Part shown: positions 31,614 through 41,335 of the stretch, one piece after another
Layout: each line of letters opens with the position of its first letter
Position numbering within the stretch: position 1 is the first letter of the stretch
NCBI GenBank assembly: GCA_963729625.1
Contig: CAVSOU010000009.1
Coordinates: 88,581 to 152,580, forward strand
DNA from: an uncultured bacterium
GTDB lineage: Bacteria; Chloroflexota; UBA5177; JANWHV01
Direction: 5' to 3'
DNA: 64,000 bases
Notes under the pieces: model-generated
Seen by the model: only the letters and a program-made list of their open reading frames with translations
Told to the model about the DNA's origin: nothing
Databases searched by the model: none
Position numbers and translations under genes: made by a program

Positions 31614-32849
31614 ATGGTCGTTGAACAGACGCAGTCGGCCGGGCTGTCGGTCATTGCCGAGGGCCTGACGCGGCAGGGCCGGTCATTGGAAGACGTATTG
31701 GCGCGCCTGCGCGCTCAGCGCATCGAGATGCCAAGTTGGGCATTTGGGAACTCCGGCACGCGTTTCAAGGTGTTCCCGCAGACCGGGGTGCCGCGGACGC
31801 TGTTCGAGAAGCTCGACGACGCCGCGCAGGTGCAGTCGCTCGTCGGCGTGGCGCCAAGCGTCGCCCTGCACATTCCATGGGACCGCGTCGAGGACTGGAA
31901 CGCGGCGCGCCAGTACGCTGGGGAGCGAGGGTTGGCGCTCGGCGCGATCAATCCCAATCTCTTCCAGGATGAAGACTACAAATTCGGCTCGCTGACGCAC
32001 CCGAACGGCGCGGTTCGCGCGAGGGCCGTCGCGCATGTACGGGAGTGCATCTCCATCGCGCAGTCCACGCACTCCTCCCTGATCAGCCTGTGGCTGGCCG
32101 ATGGAACCAACTACCCTGGCCAGGACGACCTGCGGACGAGACGGCAGCGGCTCATCGCCTCGCTGCGGGAGATCTACGGCGATCTGCCCGCCGGCATGCG
32201 CTTGCTCATCGAGTACAAGTTCTTTGAGCCGGCCTTCTACGCCACCGACATCCCCGATTGGGGCACGTCGCTGTTGCTGTGCCAGAAGCTCGGGCCGCAG
32301 GCCCAGGTGCTTGTCGACCTCGGTCATCATGCCGCCGGGGCCAACATCGAGCAGATTGTGGCCACATTGGTCGACGAAGGGCGGCTTGGCGGCTTCCATT
32401 TCAATGCGCGGAAGTACGGTGATGACGACCTCATCGTCGGCACGACCAATCCGTTTGAGCTGTTCCTGATTTACAACGAGCTCGCCGCGGCGGAGGACGA
32501 TCCGGTTGCAGGCGCGGCGACGCGAGAAGTCGCGTACATGATCGACCAGTCGCACAATGTTGAGGCAAAGATTCCGGCAATGATACAGTCGATCGTCAAC
32601 TGCCAGATCGCGTATGCGAAGGCACTGCTCGTCGATCGAGGCGCCCTGAACGAGCTTCAGCAGTCCGGCGACGTCGTCGGCGCCCTGGGCGCCGTAATGG
32701 CCGCGTTCGAGTCGGATGTGCGCCCACTGCTCGTCCAACTTCGGACTGAACTAGGGCTTCCGGCCGATCCGCTGGTGGCCTTTCGCCAAAGCGGCTATCA
32801 GGAACGCGTCGCCGCGGAGCGCGTGGGCGGCACGCCGATGAGCTGGTAA
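31614..32849 (+). CDS. rhaI: L-rhamnose isomerase (RhaI type)
   Basis: PSWAFGNSGTRF, LHIPWD, EYKFFEP, DLGHH, DQSHN. Confidence 0.95.
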   Translation: MVVEQTQSAGLSVIAEGLTRQGRSLEDVLARLRAQRIEMPSWAFGNSGTRFKVFPQTGVPRTLFEKLDDAAQVQSLVGVAPSVALHIPWDRVEDWNAARQYAGERGLALGAINPNLFQDEDYKFGSLTHPNGAVRARAVAHVRECISIAQSTHSSLISLWLADGTNYPGQDDLRTRRQRLIASLREIYGDLPAGMRLLIEYKFFEPAFYATDIPDWGTSLLLCQKLGPQAQVLVDLGHHAAGANIEQIVATLVDEGRLGGFHFNARKYGDDDLIVGTTNPFELFLIYNELAAAEDDPVAGAATREVAYMIDQSHNVEAKIPAMIQSIVNCQIAYAKALLVDRGALNELQQSGDVVGALGAVMAAFESDVRPLLVQLRTELGLPADPLVAFRQSGYQERVAAERVGGTPMSW

Positions 32850-32864
32850 AGGAGCGCCGGGAAA

Positions 32865-33188
32865 ATGGAACGCTATCTGCAAATCGTGCGCGTCAAGCCG
32901 GAGTACATCGAGGAGTACGAGCGCATTCACCGAGAAGTGTGGCCCGGCGTGCTGGCCACGATTCGCGCGTGCAATATTCGTAACTACTCGATCTATCGCT
33001 ATGGCAAAGTGCTTATCGCCTACTTTGAGTACGTTGGCCAGGACTACAAGGCGGACATGGCCAGGATGGCTGCGGATCCCGTGACAAAGGAGTGGTGGAC
33101 GCATACTGACCCGATGCAGGAGCCGGTGCCCGAGCAGAAAGCGGGTGAGTGGTGGCTGCGGCTGCCGGAGGTGTTTCACGTCGATTGA
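32865..33188 (+). CDS. rhaM: L-rhamnose mutarotase
   Basis: EEYERIHREVWP, NYSIY, EWW, EVFH. Confidence 0.92.
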   Translation: MERYLQIVRVKPEYIEEYERIHREVWPGVLATIRACNIRNYSIYRYGKVLIAYFEYVGQDYKADMARMAADPVTKEWWTHTDPMQEPVPEQKAGEWWLRLPEVFHVD

Positions 33189-33357
33189 GCGCGCCGCGGC
33201 ACTTGGCGCCGAACCGTCGCTGGTTGTAACATATTGTCACAGTATGTAATACTCTGATGAGCGACCGAACTGATGGGGCTGCTCCGATCTGGCCGGTGTT
33301 CGTGGGCGCTAATCGAATGAGAGCCGGCGGCCGGCGTCGCCGCAATGGGAATGGCAG

Positions 33358-34662
33358 ATGGCAGTCGAACGCGATCCACTGGCCGCGCTGAAGATGCTGG
33401 GTGACCTCTCTGGTCCGCGGAGTCGGGCGGCGGATGCGCCCAGGCGACTCAAGGTGAACGCGCACATACACATTCCGCCGAACTTCTCCGCGTTTAGCAG
33501 CGTCAGGGAGGCGGTAGAGCTGGCAGCGGCGCAGGACGTCCGCGTGGTGGGGGTAAGTAACTACTACCATTTCGGCGCATACGCAACGTTCGCCGAGCAC
33601 TCGCATGCGATGGACGTGTTCCCGCTTTTCGGCCTGGAGGTCATCTGCCTTCTCGACGATCTCGTGCAGGCGGACGTCAAGATCAACGATCCGGGCAACC
33701 CGGGCAAGATGTACCTCTGCGGCAAGGGCGTGACGCGGTTTGCACCGATGTCCGGCGATGCGGTGGGTCTCATGGATACGATCCGCCGCAATGATTCCAC
33801 GCGGATCGCCACCATGATCGAACGGGTCGCCCGCCTGTTCGAGGACGGCGGCGTGGACACCGGTGTAACCGAGGCGTCGGTGAAGGCCGCGATCGTCCAG
33901 CGCCACGGGTTACCGCTGGACACGATCTACTTGCAAGAACGCCACGTGGCTCAGGCCTTTCAGGAAGCCGTGTTTGCGCGTGTTTCCCCCGAAACGCGGA
34001 CTGCGACACTGCGGGCCGTCTTCGGCTCGGACCCTGGACCCGGCCTCAACGAAGCGGTGAGGCTACAGAGTGCCATACGCACGCATCTCATGAAGGCGGG
34101 CAAGCGCGGTTACGTGGACGAGACCTTCGTGGGCTTTGACCATGCCTATCGGTTGATCCTGGCGCTGGGCGGCGTGCCGTGTTATCCCGTGTTGGCGGAT
34201 GGCGCTGCGCCGATCTGTCCGTTCGAGGATCCGCTGGAGCGCCTGGTTCGGTCGCTCAGGGACCGGCGCATCTACTGTGCCGAGCTCATCCCAAACAGAA
34301 ATTCTCCGCAGGTGCTTGCTGCATACGCGCGGGGGCTGCGCGCCGCCGGCATCGTGGTGCTGGCGGGCACCGAGCATAACACGCTGGAGATGCTGCCGAT
34401 GGAGCCGCAGTGTGCGGGAGGCATTCCGATCCCGGAAGCGATCAAGGAAGTCTTCTGGGAAGGAGCGCTCGTGGTGGCCGCGCACCAGTACTTGACCGCG
34501 AACGGACAGATGGGCTATGTGGACGAATCCGGAGCGCTGAACCCAGCCTACACGAGCGGCGAGGCACGCATCGAGGCGTTTGCCCAGCTCGGGGAGTCGG
34601 TTATCCAGCGATACGGACGGGTCGCTTGCGCGTCTGCATCAGTCTCGGGTAGAGGATGTTGA
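33358..34662 (+). CDS. PHP-domain-like metalloprotein of unknown function
   Basis: NAHIH N-terminal motif, FGLE, ERH, GTEHN C-terminal motif. Confidence 0.7.
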   Translation: MAVERDPLAALKMLGDLSGPRSRAADAPRRLKVNAHIHIPPNFSAFSSVREAVELAAAQDVRVVGVSNYYHFGAYATFAEHSHAMDVFPLFGLEVICLLDDLVQADVKINDPGNPGKMYLCGKGVTRFAPMSGDAVGLMDTIRRNDSTRIATMIERVARLFEDGGVDTGVTEASVKAAIVQRHGLPLDTIYLQERHVAQAFQEAVFARVSPETRTATLRAVFGSDPGPGLNEAVRLQSAIRTHLMKAGKRGYVDETFVGFDHAYRLILALGGVPCYPVLADGAAPICPFEDPLERLVRSLRDRRIYCAELIPNRNSPQVLAAYARGLRAAGIVVLAGTEHNTLEMLPMEPQCAGGIPIPEAIKEVFWEGALVVAAHQYLTANGQMGYVDESGALNPAYTSGEARIEAFAQLGESVIQRYGRVACASASVSGRGC

Positions 34663-36715
34663 TGACGTCAACGATGCACTGGCCGGCGTTCACGGGAGCG
34701 CCGAGCCCCCTGGAGATACTCGTCGAGCTCTCTCGTTTCTTCGGATCTGACCCGGAGCTGGTGCTCGCCGGCGGCGGCAACACCTCGGTCAAGCTCGACG
34801 ATCGGCTGCTGGTCAAAGGCAGCGGGCACGCGCTGGCCACGATTGGCCCTGAGGGGTTCGTGGATCTCAATCGCAAGACCCTTCAGGTGCTTCTGGAGAG
34901 CGACCTGGGCAGCGCGAGGGACCAGCGCGAGGCCGCCTTCAAGCACGCCGTCCTTTCGGCACGACGAGAACCGGAGAAAGGGCAACGACCCTCGGTCGAG
35001 GCCGTTCTGCACCATCTCATGCCGGGACGTTTCGTCATTCACCTGCATGCAACGCTCGTAAACGAGTTCAGTTGTTGTCGGGAAGGCAAGCGACTCGTCG
35101 AGCAAAGCCTGGGCGACGATGTTCTCTGGATCGACCTCGTGGATCCCGGCTTCGCGCTCGCCAAGTCGCTGCAGCACGGGCTCGCGGCGTTCCAACGCAG
35201 AACAGGCAAGAACTGCCCACGCGCGTTGATCATGCAAAACCACGGACTCGTGGTCAGCGGCGATACGCCTGATGAGATCAGAGAGCGCATGGAGTGGCTG
35301 TTCGCATCGCTTCGAGACATTCGGGTGCACGCCTGCGTTGAGCAGCCGGGTCCGATTGAGACCGTCGTTGCCGTCGCCGAGGCGTCGGCGCTCGTGAACA
35401 TCATCGCGCCGGCGCTGCGCGGCCTGCTCAGCGTCGGGCAATCGCTGAAGGTGGTCACGTTCGACGATTCGGACGCGGTGCTGGGCCTGGTTTCGCGCGA
35501 GGCAGGCCAGTACGACTGCGATGGGTGGGCCGCTCACGCCCGACCAGATCGTGTACTGTCGATCGTTTCCACTGTGGTTCGAGACGAGAGTCGGCGAGAC
35601 ACGCTTCCGACCTGGTGCAGCGGCTCACGGCGGCGGTGCGTGAGCACGCGGCCACCTACAGCGTTCTGCCGAATGTGGTGTTGGTCCAGGGCCTCGGCCT
35701 GTTCGCGTGCGGCGACGCCTGGACCGACGCAAACATCGTGCGCCTGGTTTACGTCGACGCCATCAAGATCATGGCCGGCGCCGCCGGAATGGGCGGCGTC
35801 CAGTACCTCGATGCCGACTTCAGGAGCTTCATCGAGCAGTGGGAAGTCGAGTCATACCGCCGGCAGATAGCGGCCTCCGCGACCGGAAGGGGCCGGGCGG
35901 CGGGGAAGGTCGCGATGGTGACCGGAGCCGCGCAGGGATTCGGATTGGAAATAGCCCGGGATCTTGCCGCGCAGGGTGGCCACGTCGTGCTATCCGACGT
36001 CAATGTGGAGGGAGCGCGCCAGGCGGCTGCGGCCCTGGTGGGCCGGTTCGGCGAAGGTCGGGCGCTCGGCCTGGCCATCGATGTGACCAACGCTGAGTCG
36101 GTCGCGGAGGCCGTGCACCGGGTGGTTCGCATGTACGGCGGCCTTGACGTGCTGGTCTCCAACGCGGGTGTCCTTCGCGCCGGCAGCGTGAAAACGCAAC
36201 TGGAGCGGGACTTCGACCTCTCGACCGCGGTCAATTACAGGGGTTACTTTCTTTGCGTGCAGAAGGCGGCGCCCATCCTGGCCGTCCAGCACGAGGTGCG
36301 CCGCGACTACTGGAGCGACATCATACAGATCAACTCCAAGTCGGGCCTCGAGGGGTCGAACAAGAACTTTGCCTACGCTGGCAGCAAGTTCGGCGGCATC
36401 GGCTTGACGCAGTCCTTCGCGCTTGAGCTTGTGACTGACGGCATCAAGGTGAACTCCATCTGTCCGGGAAACTTTTTCGACGGACCGCTGTGGTCCGACC
36501 CAGACACGGGTCTGTTCGTACAGTATCTGCGCACGGGAAAAGTACCGGGCGCCACCACGATCGAGGACGTCAAACGTTTCTACGAGAGCAAGGTGCCAAT
36601 GGCTCGAGGATGCACATCCGCCGACGTGATGTCGGCCATTTACTACCTTATCGAGCAGCAATACGAGACGGGTCAGGCGCTTCCAGTGACCGGTGGACAG
36701 GTGATGTTGCACTAG
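34656..36715 (+). CDS. Class II aldolase-like domain fused to sorbitol-6-phosphate 2-dehydrogenase (SrlD)-like SDR; interrupted by two +1 frameshifts (~35510, ~35600)
   Basis: GGGNTSVK, PSVE, HLH, QNHG; GPLTPDQIVYC in a third frame from 35521; then TGAAQGFG, IIQINSKSG, YAGSKFGGIGLTQSFALEL, KVPMARGC, TGGQVM. Confidence 0.85.
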
Positions 36716-36743
36716 TCGCGACAAGGCGAGTAGCGGAAAGACA

Positions 36744-38459
36744 ATGCACATGACGCAACGTGACGCGGCCGTTCCTACGACGCAATTCGCCGTTCAGTTG
36801 GTTGGACCGGGCCAACTGGTATTGAACGCGAAGAAGGATGTTCTCCAGCCTGGTCCGCACGAGATCTTGGTGAAGGTGGATGCCGTCGGCCTCTGCTTCT
36901 CGGACCTGAAGCTGCTGAAGCAGTTCTCCGCTCACCCACGCAAAGGCGAGATCGTCACGGGTATCGCCCGCGAGGTGCTTGACTCGTGCCCCAGCTACGT
37001 GCCAGGCGACAAGCCCAGCGTGCCGGGACATGAAGTGGCCTGCCGCATTGTGGCGGTGGGCGATGCGGTCCAGCGCCATCGGGTCGGCGAGCGGTGCCTG
37101 GTGCAGACGGACTATCGCGGCCTCAAGACGCTCGGATCGAACGCCGCGTTCGGCTATAACTTTGAGGGCGGTTTGCAGGAGTATGTTCTGCTGGATGAAC
37201 GCGTCACAGTCGAGGCCGCTACGGGAGAGCGCTATCTGATCCCCGTGCCGGAGACGTTGGGTTCCTCGGCCGTCGCTCTGGTTGAACCGTGGGCTTGCGT
37301 CGAGGACGCCTACGCCCACGCCGACCGACGGACCATACTGGCGGGAGGACGTCTTCTGGCAGTCGCCGACGCCGGACACCAGGTCATCGGCCTTAGGGAA
37401 GCGGTTGCGGCGAGTGGTGGCAGTGTGTCGGTCACGGCCGTCACTGCCGATCCGGACCAACGGGGCGGCCTTGAGGCTCTCGGCTTCCCAATCGTGTACG
37501 CGGATCGGATTCAGGATCTGGTCGATGAAGGCTACGACGACATTGTGTATTTCGGCGCCTCAAAAGAGTCGATCGAGGTACTGAACAATAAGCTGGCGTC
37601 CTTCGGCATTATCAACATTGTGCTTGGCGGCGAGACGATCGGCCAGTTGGTGTCGGTAGGCGTCGGCCGTATCCACTACGGCTTTACGAGATGGATCGGC
37701 ACGCCGGGACCGTCGGCGGCCGACTCCTACGCGATCATTCCTGAATCGGGCGAGTTGCGACCGCGCGACAAGGTACTGGTGGTCGGCGCCGGTGGGCCGA
37801 TGGGACAGATGCACGTGATTCGCGGCCTGTGCTCTCAGATCGACGGGCTCTCGGTCGTGGGTACCGACGTGGACGACGCGCGGTTGGAATCGCTGCGGCG
37901 AAAGGCCGAGCCGCTGTCACTGCGCAATGGTGTACCGTTGCGGTTGGTCAATACGGCCAAGGCTCCGCTCGACGAGCGCTTCAGCTACCAAATCCTCCTG
38001 GTTCCGGCCGGAGCGCTGGTGGCGGCCGCGATCCAAGCCAGCGACGACGGCGGCCTGATAGACATCTTCGCCGGCATTCCTGCTCCGACGCGTCACGACC
38101 TCGATCTGGACACGTACATCGCGCGCCGCTGCTACATGTTCGGCACCAGCGGCTCGGATATTCGCGACATGAAGATCATGCTCGACAAGGTGAACTCTGG
38201 GCAGCTGGACACGAACTGTTCGGTCGACGCGATATCAGGAATGGCGGGCGCGATTGACGGCATCGGCGCGGTGGAGAATCGCACGATGGCGGGGAAGATC
38301 GTCGTCTATCCGATGCTTCACGACGTCGGATTGATTTCCCTGGCCGAGCTCGGCGATCGATTTCCCACCGTGGCTGCGAAGCTTGACGCGGGACAGTGGT
38401 GCAAAGAGGCGGAACAAGAACTGCTCCGGGTGACCGCCGCGGTCAGCCCGAGCGTCTAG
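36744..38459 (+). CDS. MDR-family Zn dehydrogenase, L-sorbose-1-phosphate reductase (SorE)-like, extended
   Basis: GLCFSD, GHE, EPWACV, GAGGPMG, FAG, GTSGS, KIVVYP, WCKEAEQELL; no structural-Zn Cys4 lobe. Confidence 0.8.
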   Translation: MHMTQRDAAVPTTQFAVQLVGPGQLVLNAKKDVLQPGPHEILVKVDAVGLCFSDLKLLKQFSAHPRKGEIVTGIAREVLDSCPSYVPGDKPSVPGHEVACRIVAVGDAVQRHRVGERCLVQTDYRGLKTLGSNAAFGYNFEGGLQEYVLLDERVTVEAATGERYLIPVPETLGSSAVALVEPWACVEDAYAHADRRTILAGGRLLAVADAGHQVIGLREAVAASGGSVSVTAVTADPDQRGGLEALGFPIVYADRIQDLVDEGYDDIVYFGASKESIEVLNNKLASFGIINIVLGGETIGQLVSVGVGRIHYGFTRWIGTPGPSAADSYAIIPESGELRPRDKVLVVGAGGPMGQMHVIRGLCSQIDGLSVVGTDVDDARLESLRRKAEPLSLRNGVPLRLVNTAKAPLDERFSYQILLVPAGALVAAAIQASDDGGLIDIFAGIPAPTRHDLDLDTYIARRCYMFGTSGSDIRDMKIMLDKVNSGQLDTNCSVDAISGMAGAIDGIGAVENRTMAGKIVVYPMLHDVGLISLAELGDRFPTVAAKLDAGQWCKEAEQELLRVTAAVSPSV

Positions 38460-38615
38460 GCGCGCCCGCTGGCCACGGGCTCGTGCCTGAGGTTGGACGG
38501 GTCGCCCGGATGAAATATCTGTGAGGTAACGATGACAAGTCGCACGTCATATCGTGCCGGTGCCGTATTGCCGCGGCACCTGCCGGATCTCGTTGTGCGA
38601 GAAGGGTTCCACTAG

Positions 38616-39992
38616 ATGGCGACAGTGGTCGAAATGCCGAAGCTTGGCAACACCGTCGAGGAGTGCCTCCTGGCGGCATGGCGAAAACACAAAGGCGATA
38701 CCGTTGCCGAGGGCGAGATCATCGCCGAGATTGAGACTGACAAGACCAACTTTGAGATCGCGGCGCCGGTGGCCGGCACACTCCTGGAGACGTTTTTCGA
38801 AGAGGGGGCGCTCGTTCCCGTCTTCACGAGTCTCTGCGTGATCGGCACGGCAGGCGAGGACGTCGAAGCTTTCCGGCCGCGCACTGCCGCCGACGGCACA
38901 GTTGTTGCTTGGAGCGGTGAAGCATCCGGCGGAAGCTCCGTACAGGCCAGTCCGGCCGTGCAGACGGCGCCGAACGTGGGATTCGCACCCGGTGCGCGTA
39001 CGGCGCCACTTGCGCTGGGCCCGTTGAGCCCGCGGGCGCGACGGTTTGCCCGCGAACACGACTTTTACCCGGAAGCGGTAACGGGAAGCGGGCCGGGCGG
39101 CAGAGTCCTGGAGGGAGATCTGCGCGATCTCTACATGTCCTCGCCGCGCATCTCGCAGGCGGCAAGGCGACAGATGACACAGGGCTCGGTGGCGAATGGC
39201 GCCGGATCCGGCATCGGCGGCATGATACGCGCGGCCGACCTGACCGAGCCATCCACGCAGCGCCCGGCAGCGCCGCAACCGGCATCGACCACTGTCGAAC
39301 GCGGCTCTACAACAGGCGAACGCCTGTCTACGACCCGCGAGCGGATCGCGAAGCGCCTGCGGGAGTCCTTGAACTCAACCGCCCAGTACACGCTGAATGG
39401 CTCGGCCAACGCCGGCGGATTGCTTGCGGTGCGGAAGAAACTCAAGAGCTCGAGCACATCTGCCGATATCAACATCAACGACCTGGTGGTCTTCTGCACC
39501 GTACAGGCGCTCTTGGAGCTCCCTGACCTGAATGCCGAATTCATCGACGGCAGGTTGTGCCGACATGCCGAGATTCACATGGGATTCGCGTGCGACACGG
39601 ACCGCGGTCTCGTCGTTCCCGTCATCCGGGACTGCCAGAACCTGTCCTTGATCGGGATGGCCAGGCGCATGAAGGAGCTGGCCGCGCAGGCGGTCCAGGC
39701 GACCATTGCCGTCGACGACCTGAGCGGTGGAACGTTTACCGTCAGCAACCTCGGCAATCTCGGGATTGAGTCGTTCACGCCGGTGATCAATCCGCCGCAA
39801 GTGGCAATTCTTGGCGTGAACGCCATTCAGCTCAAGCCCGTGCGAAAACCCGACGGGAACATCGAGTTCATCGATTCCATAGGGTTGTCGCTGACCCTGG
39901 ACCATCAAGTTGTCGACGGCGCCCCGGGCGCGAGATTCTTGAAGGTCCTGAGGCACAAGATCGAACACGTGGAGGCGCTGTGTACGATTTGA
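38616..39992 (+). CDS. Dihydrolipoamide acyltransferase (E2)
   Basis: Lipoyl motif ETDKT, E3-binding SPRARRFARE..GSGPGGRV, GTFTVSNLG, catalytic DHQVVDG. Confidence 0.95.
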   Translation: MATVVEMPKLGNTVEECLLAAWRKHKGDTVAEGEIIAEIETDKTNFEIAAPVAGTLLETFFEEGALVPVFTSLCVIGTAGEDVEAFRPRTAADGTVVAWSGEASGGSSVQASPAVQTAPNVGFAPGARTAPLALGPLSPRARRFAREHDFYPEAVTGSGPGGRVLEGDLRDLYMSSPRISQAARRQMTQGSVANGAGSGIGGMIRAADLTEPSTQRPAAPQPASTTVERGSTTGERLSTTRERIAKRLRESLNSTAQYTLNGSANAGGLLAVRKKLKSSSTSADININDLVVFCTVQALLELPDLNAEFIDGRLCRHAEIHMGFACDTDRGLVVPVIRDCQNLSLIGMARRMKELAAQAVQATIAVDDLSGGTFTVSNLGNLGIESFTPVINPPQVAILGVNAIQLKPVRKPDGNIEFIDSIGLSLTLDHQVVDGAPGARFLKVLRHKIEHVEALCTI

Positions 39993-41323
39993 TCGTGATC
40001 GGCGCCGGCCCAGGCGGCTATGAGGCGGCCGCGCACGCGGGTCAGATGGGCAAGAGGGTGGCCCTCGTCGAGAAGGAGCGGATCGGCGGGACATGCCTGA
40101 ACGTTGGCTGCATTCCCGCGAAAGCGTTTTTGCGCTCATCGCGTCTGTATCGCGAATGCGGCGAAGCCGCGTCGTTCGGCGTGCGGATCGATGGATTCAA
40201 GTTTGACATGCCTGTGGTCGTCGAGCGCAAGAATCGCATTGTCGGTGTGCTCGTGAAGGGCGTTGAGGGCTTGCTGAAGCGCTCCGGCGTCGAGGTCTTC
40301 ACCGGCCACGCCCGATTGACTGACCGCAAGCAGATCCAGGTCGGCGCGGAGCGACTCGAGGCCGCCAACATCCTGATCGCGACCGGTTCTCGCCCGGCGG
40401 TGCCCCCGATTCCGGGCATCGATGCCCGGCAAGTCCTCGATTCGAACTCGGTGTTCGATCTCACGGATGTCCCGGCCAGGGTCGCGATCATCGGCGGTGG
40501 TTACATAGGGCTCGAGTTCGCCTCGTTCTTCAAGGAGATCGGAACGGAAGTCACGGTGTTCGAGATGTTGCCGCAGATTGCCGGCGGCTGCGACGGCGAC
40601 GTCGCAAACCGCCTTCTGCAATCGCTAAAGCGCAGTGGAGTCGCAATCAACCTCTCGTGCCGGGTGCTTGGAATCGAGGCCGGGACGATACGGTACGTCG
40701 ATGGCGCCGGTGCCGATCAGACATATTCGGCGGCCACCATCCTGAACGCAACCGGCCGGGCGCCGGTCGTGCAGGATCTCGGGCTCGAGGTCGTCGGCGT
40801 CGATTACAGCTCCAGAGGCATCCGGATCAGCGATCAGGGCAGGACAAACGTCCCAGGCGTGTGGGCGTGCGGAGACGTCACCGGGCAGCACATGTTGGCG
40901 CACGTCGCAACGCGTGAGGGGATTGTCGCCGTGAACGCGATGTTCGGGAAGCCGGACCGGATTCGTTATGATGCCATTCCTGCTGTCATCTACACGCATC
41001 CCGAAGTGGCCATGGTTGGCCGCACCGAGGAGGAGTTGAAGGCCGCGGGCGTCCCATACAAGAAGGCCATGGTGCCGATGGGCGTAGCGGGTCGATTCCT
41101 CATCGAGAACGAAAAAGGCGTCGGGTTCGTCAAGGTGCTGACGGGCGCCGCCCATGGCGAGATTCTTGGCGTGCACGCGATGGGCGACTCATCCAGCGAG
41201 TTCATCGTCGCCGCGGCCGCCCTGATTGAATTTGAAATGCTCGCGTCTCACGCTGCTGAAATTGTCTTCCCGCATCCCACCGTGTCGGAGGCGTTGCGAG
41301 AGGCCATTCTCCAGGTCCAGTAG
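39980..41323 (+). CDS. lpdA: Dihydrolipoyl dehydrogenase (E3)
   Basis: GAGPGGY, GGTCLNVGCIP, GGGYIGLE, HPTVSE. Confidence 0.95.
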   Translation: MYDLIVIGAGPGGYEAAAHAGQMGKRVALVEKERIGGTCLNVGCIPAKAFLRSSRLYRECGEAASFGVRIDGFKFDMPVVVERKNRIVGVLVKGVEGLLKRSGVEVFTGHARLTDRKQIQVGAERLEAANILIATGSRPAVPPIPGIDARQVLDSNSVFDLTDVPARVAIIGGGYIGLEFASFFKEIGTEVTVFEMLPQIAGGCDGDVANRLLQSLKRSGVAINLSCRVLGIEAGTIRYVDGAGADQTYSAATILNATGRAPVVQDLGLEVVGVDYSSRGIRISDQGRTNVPGVWACGDVTGQHMLAHVATREGIVAVNAMFGKPDRIRYDAIPAVIYTHPEVAMVGRTEEELKAAGVPYKKAMVPMGVAGRFLIENEKGVGFVKVLTGAAHGEILGVHAMGDSSSEFIVAAAALIEFEMLASHAAEIVFPHPTVSEALREAILQVQ

Positions 41324-41335
41324 GAGTGAAGAATA

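Noticed and set aside
35500-35610. Programmed ribosomal frameshifting in the aldolase-SDR gene
   Set aside because: Two shifts within about 90 nt would be required and no slippery sequence is present; sequence error is simpler
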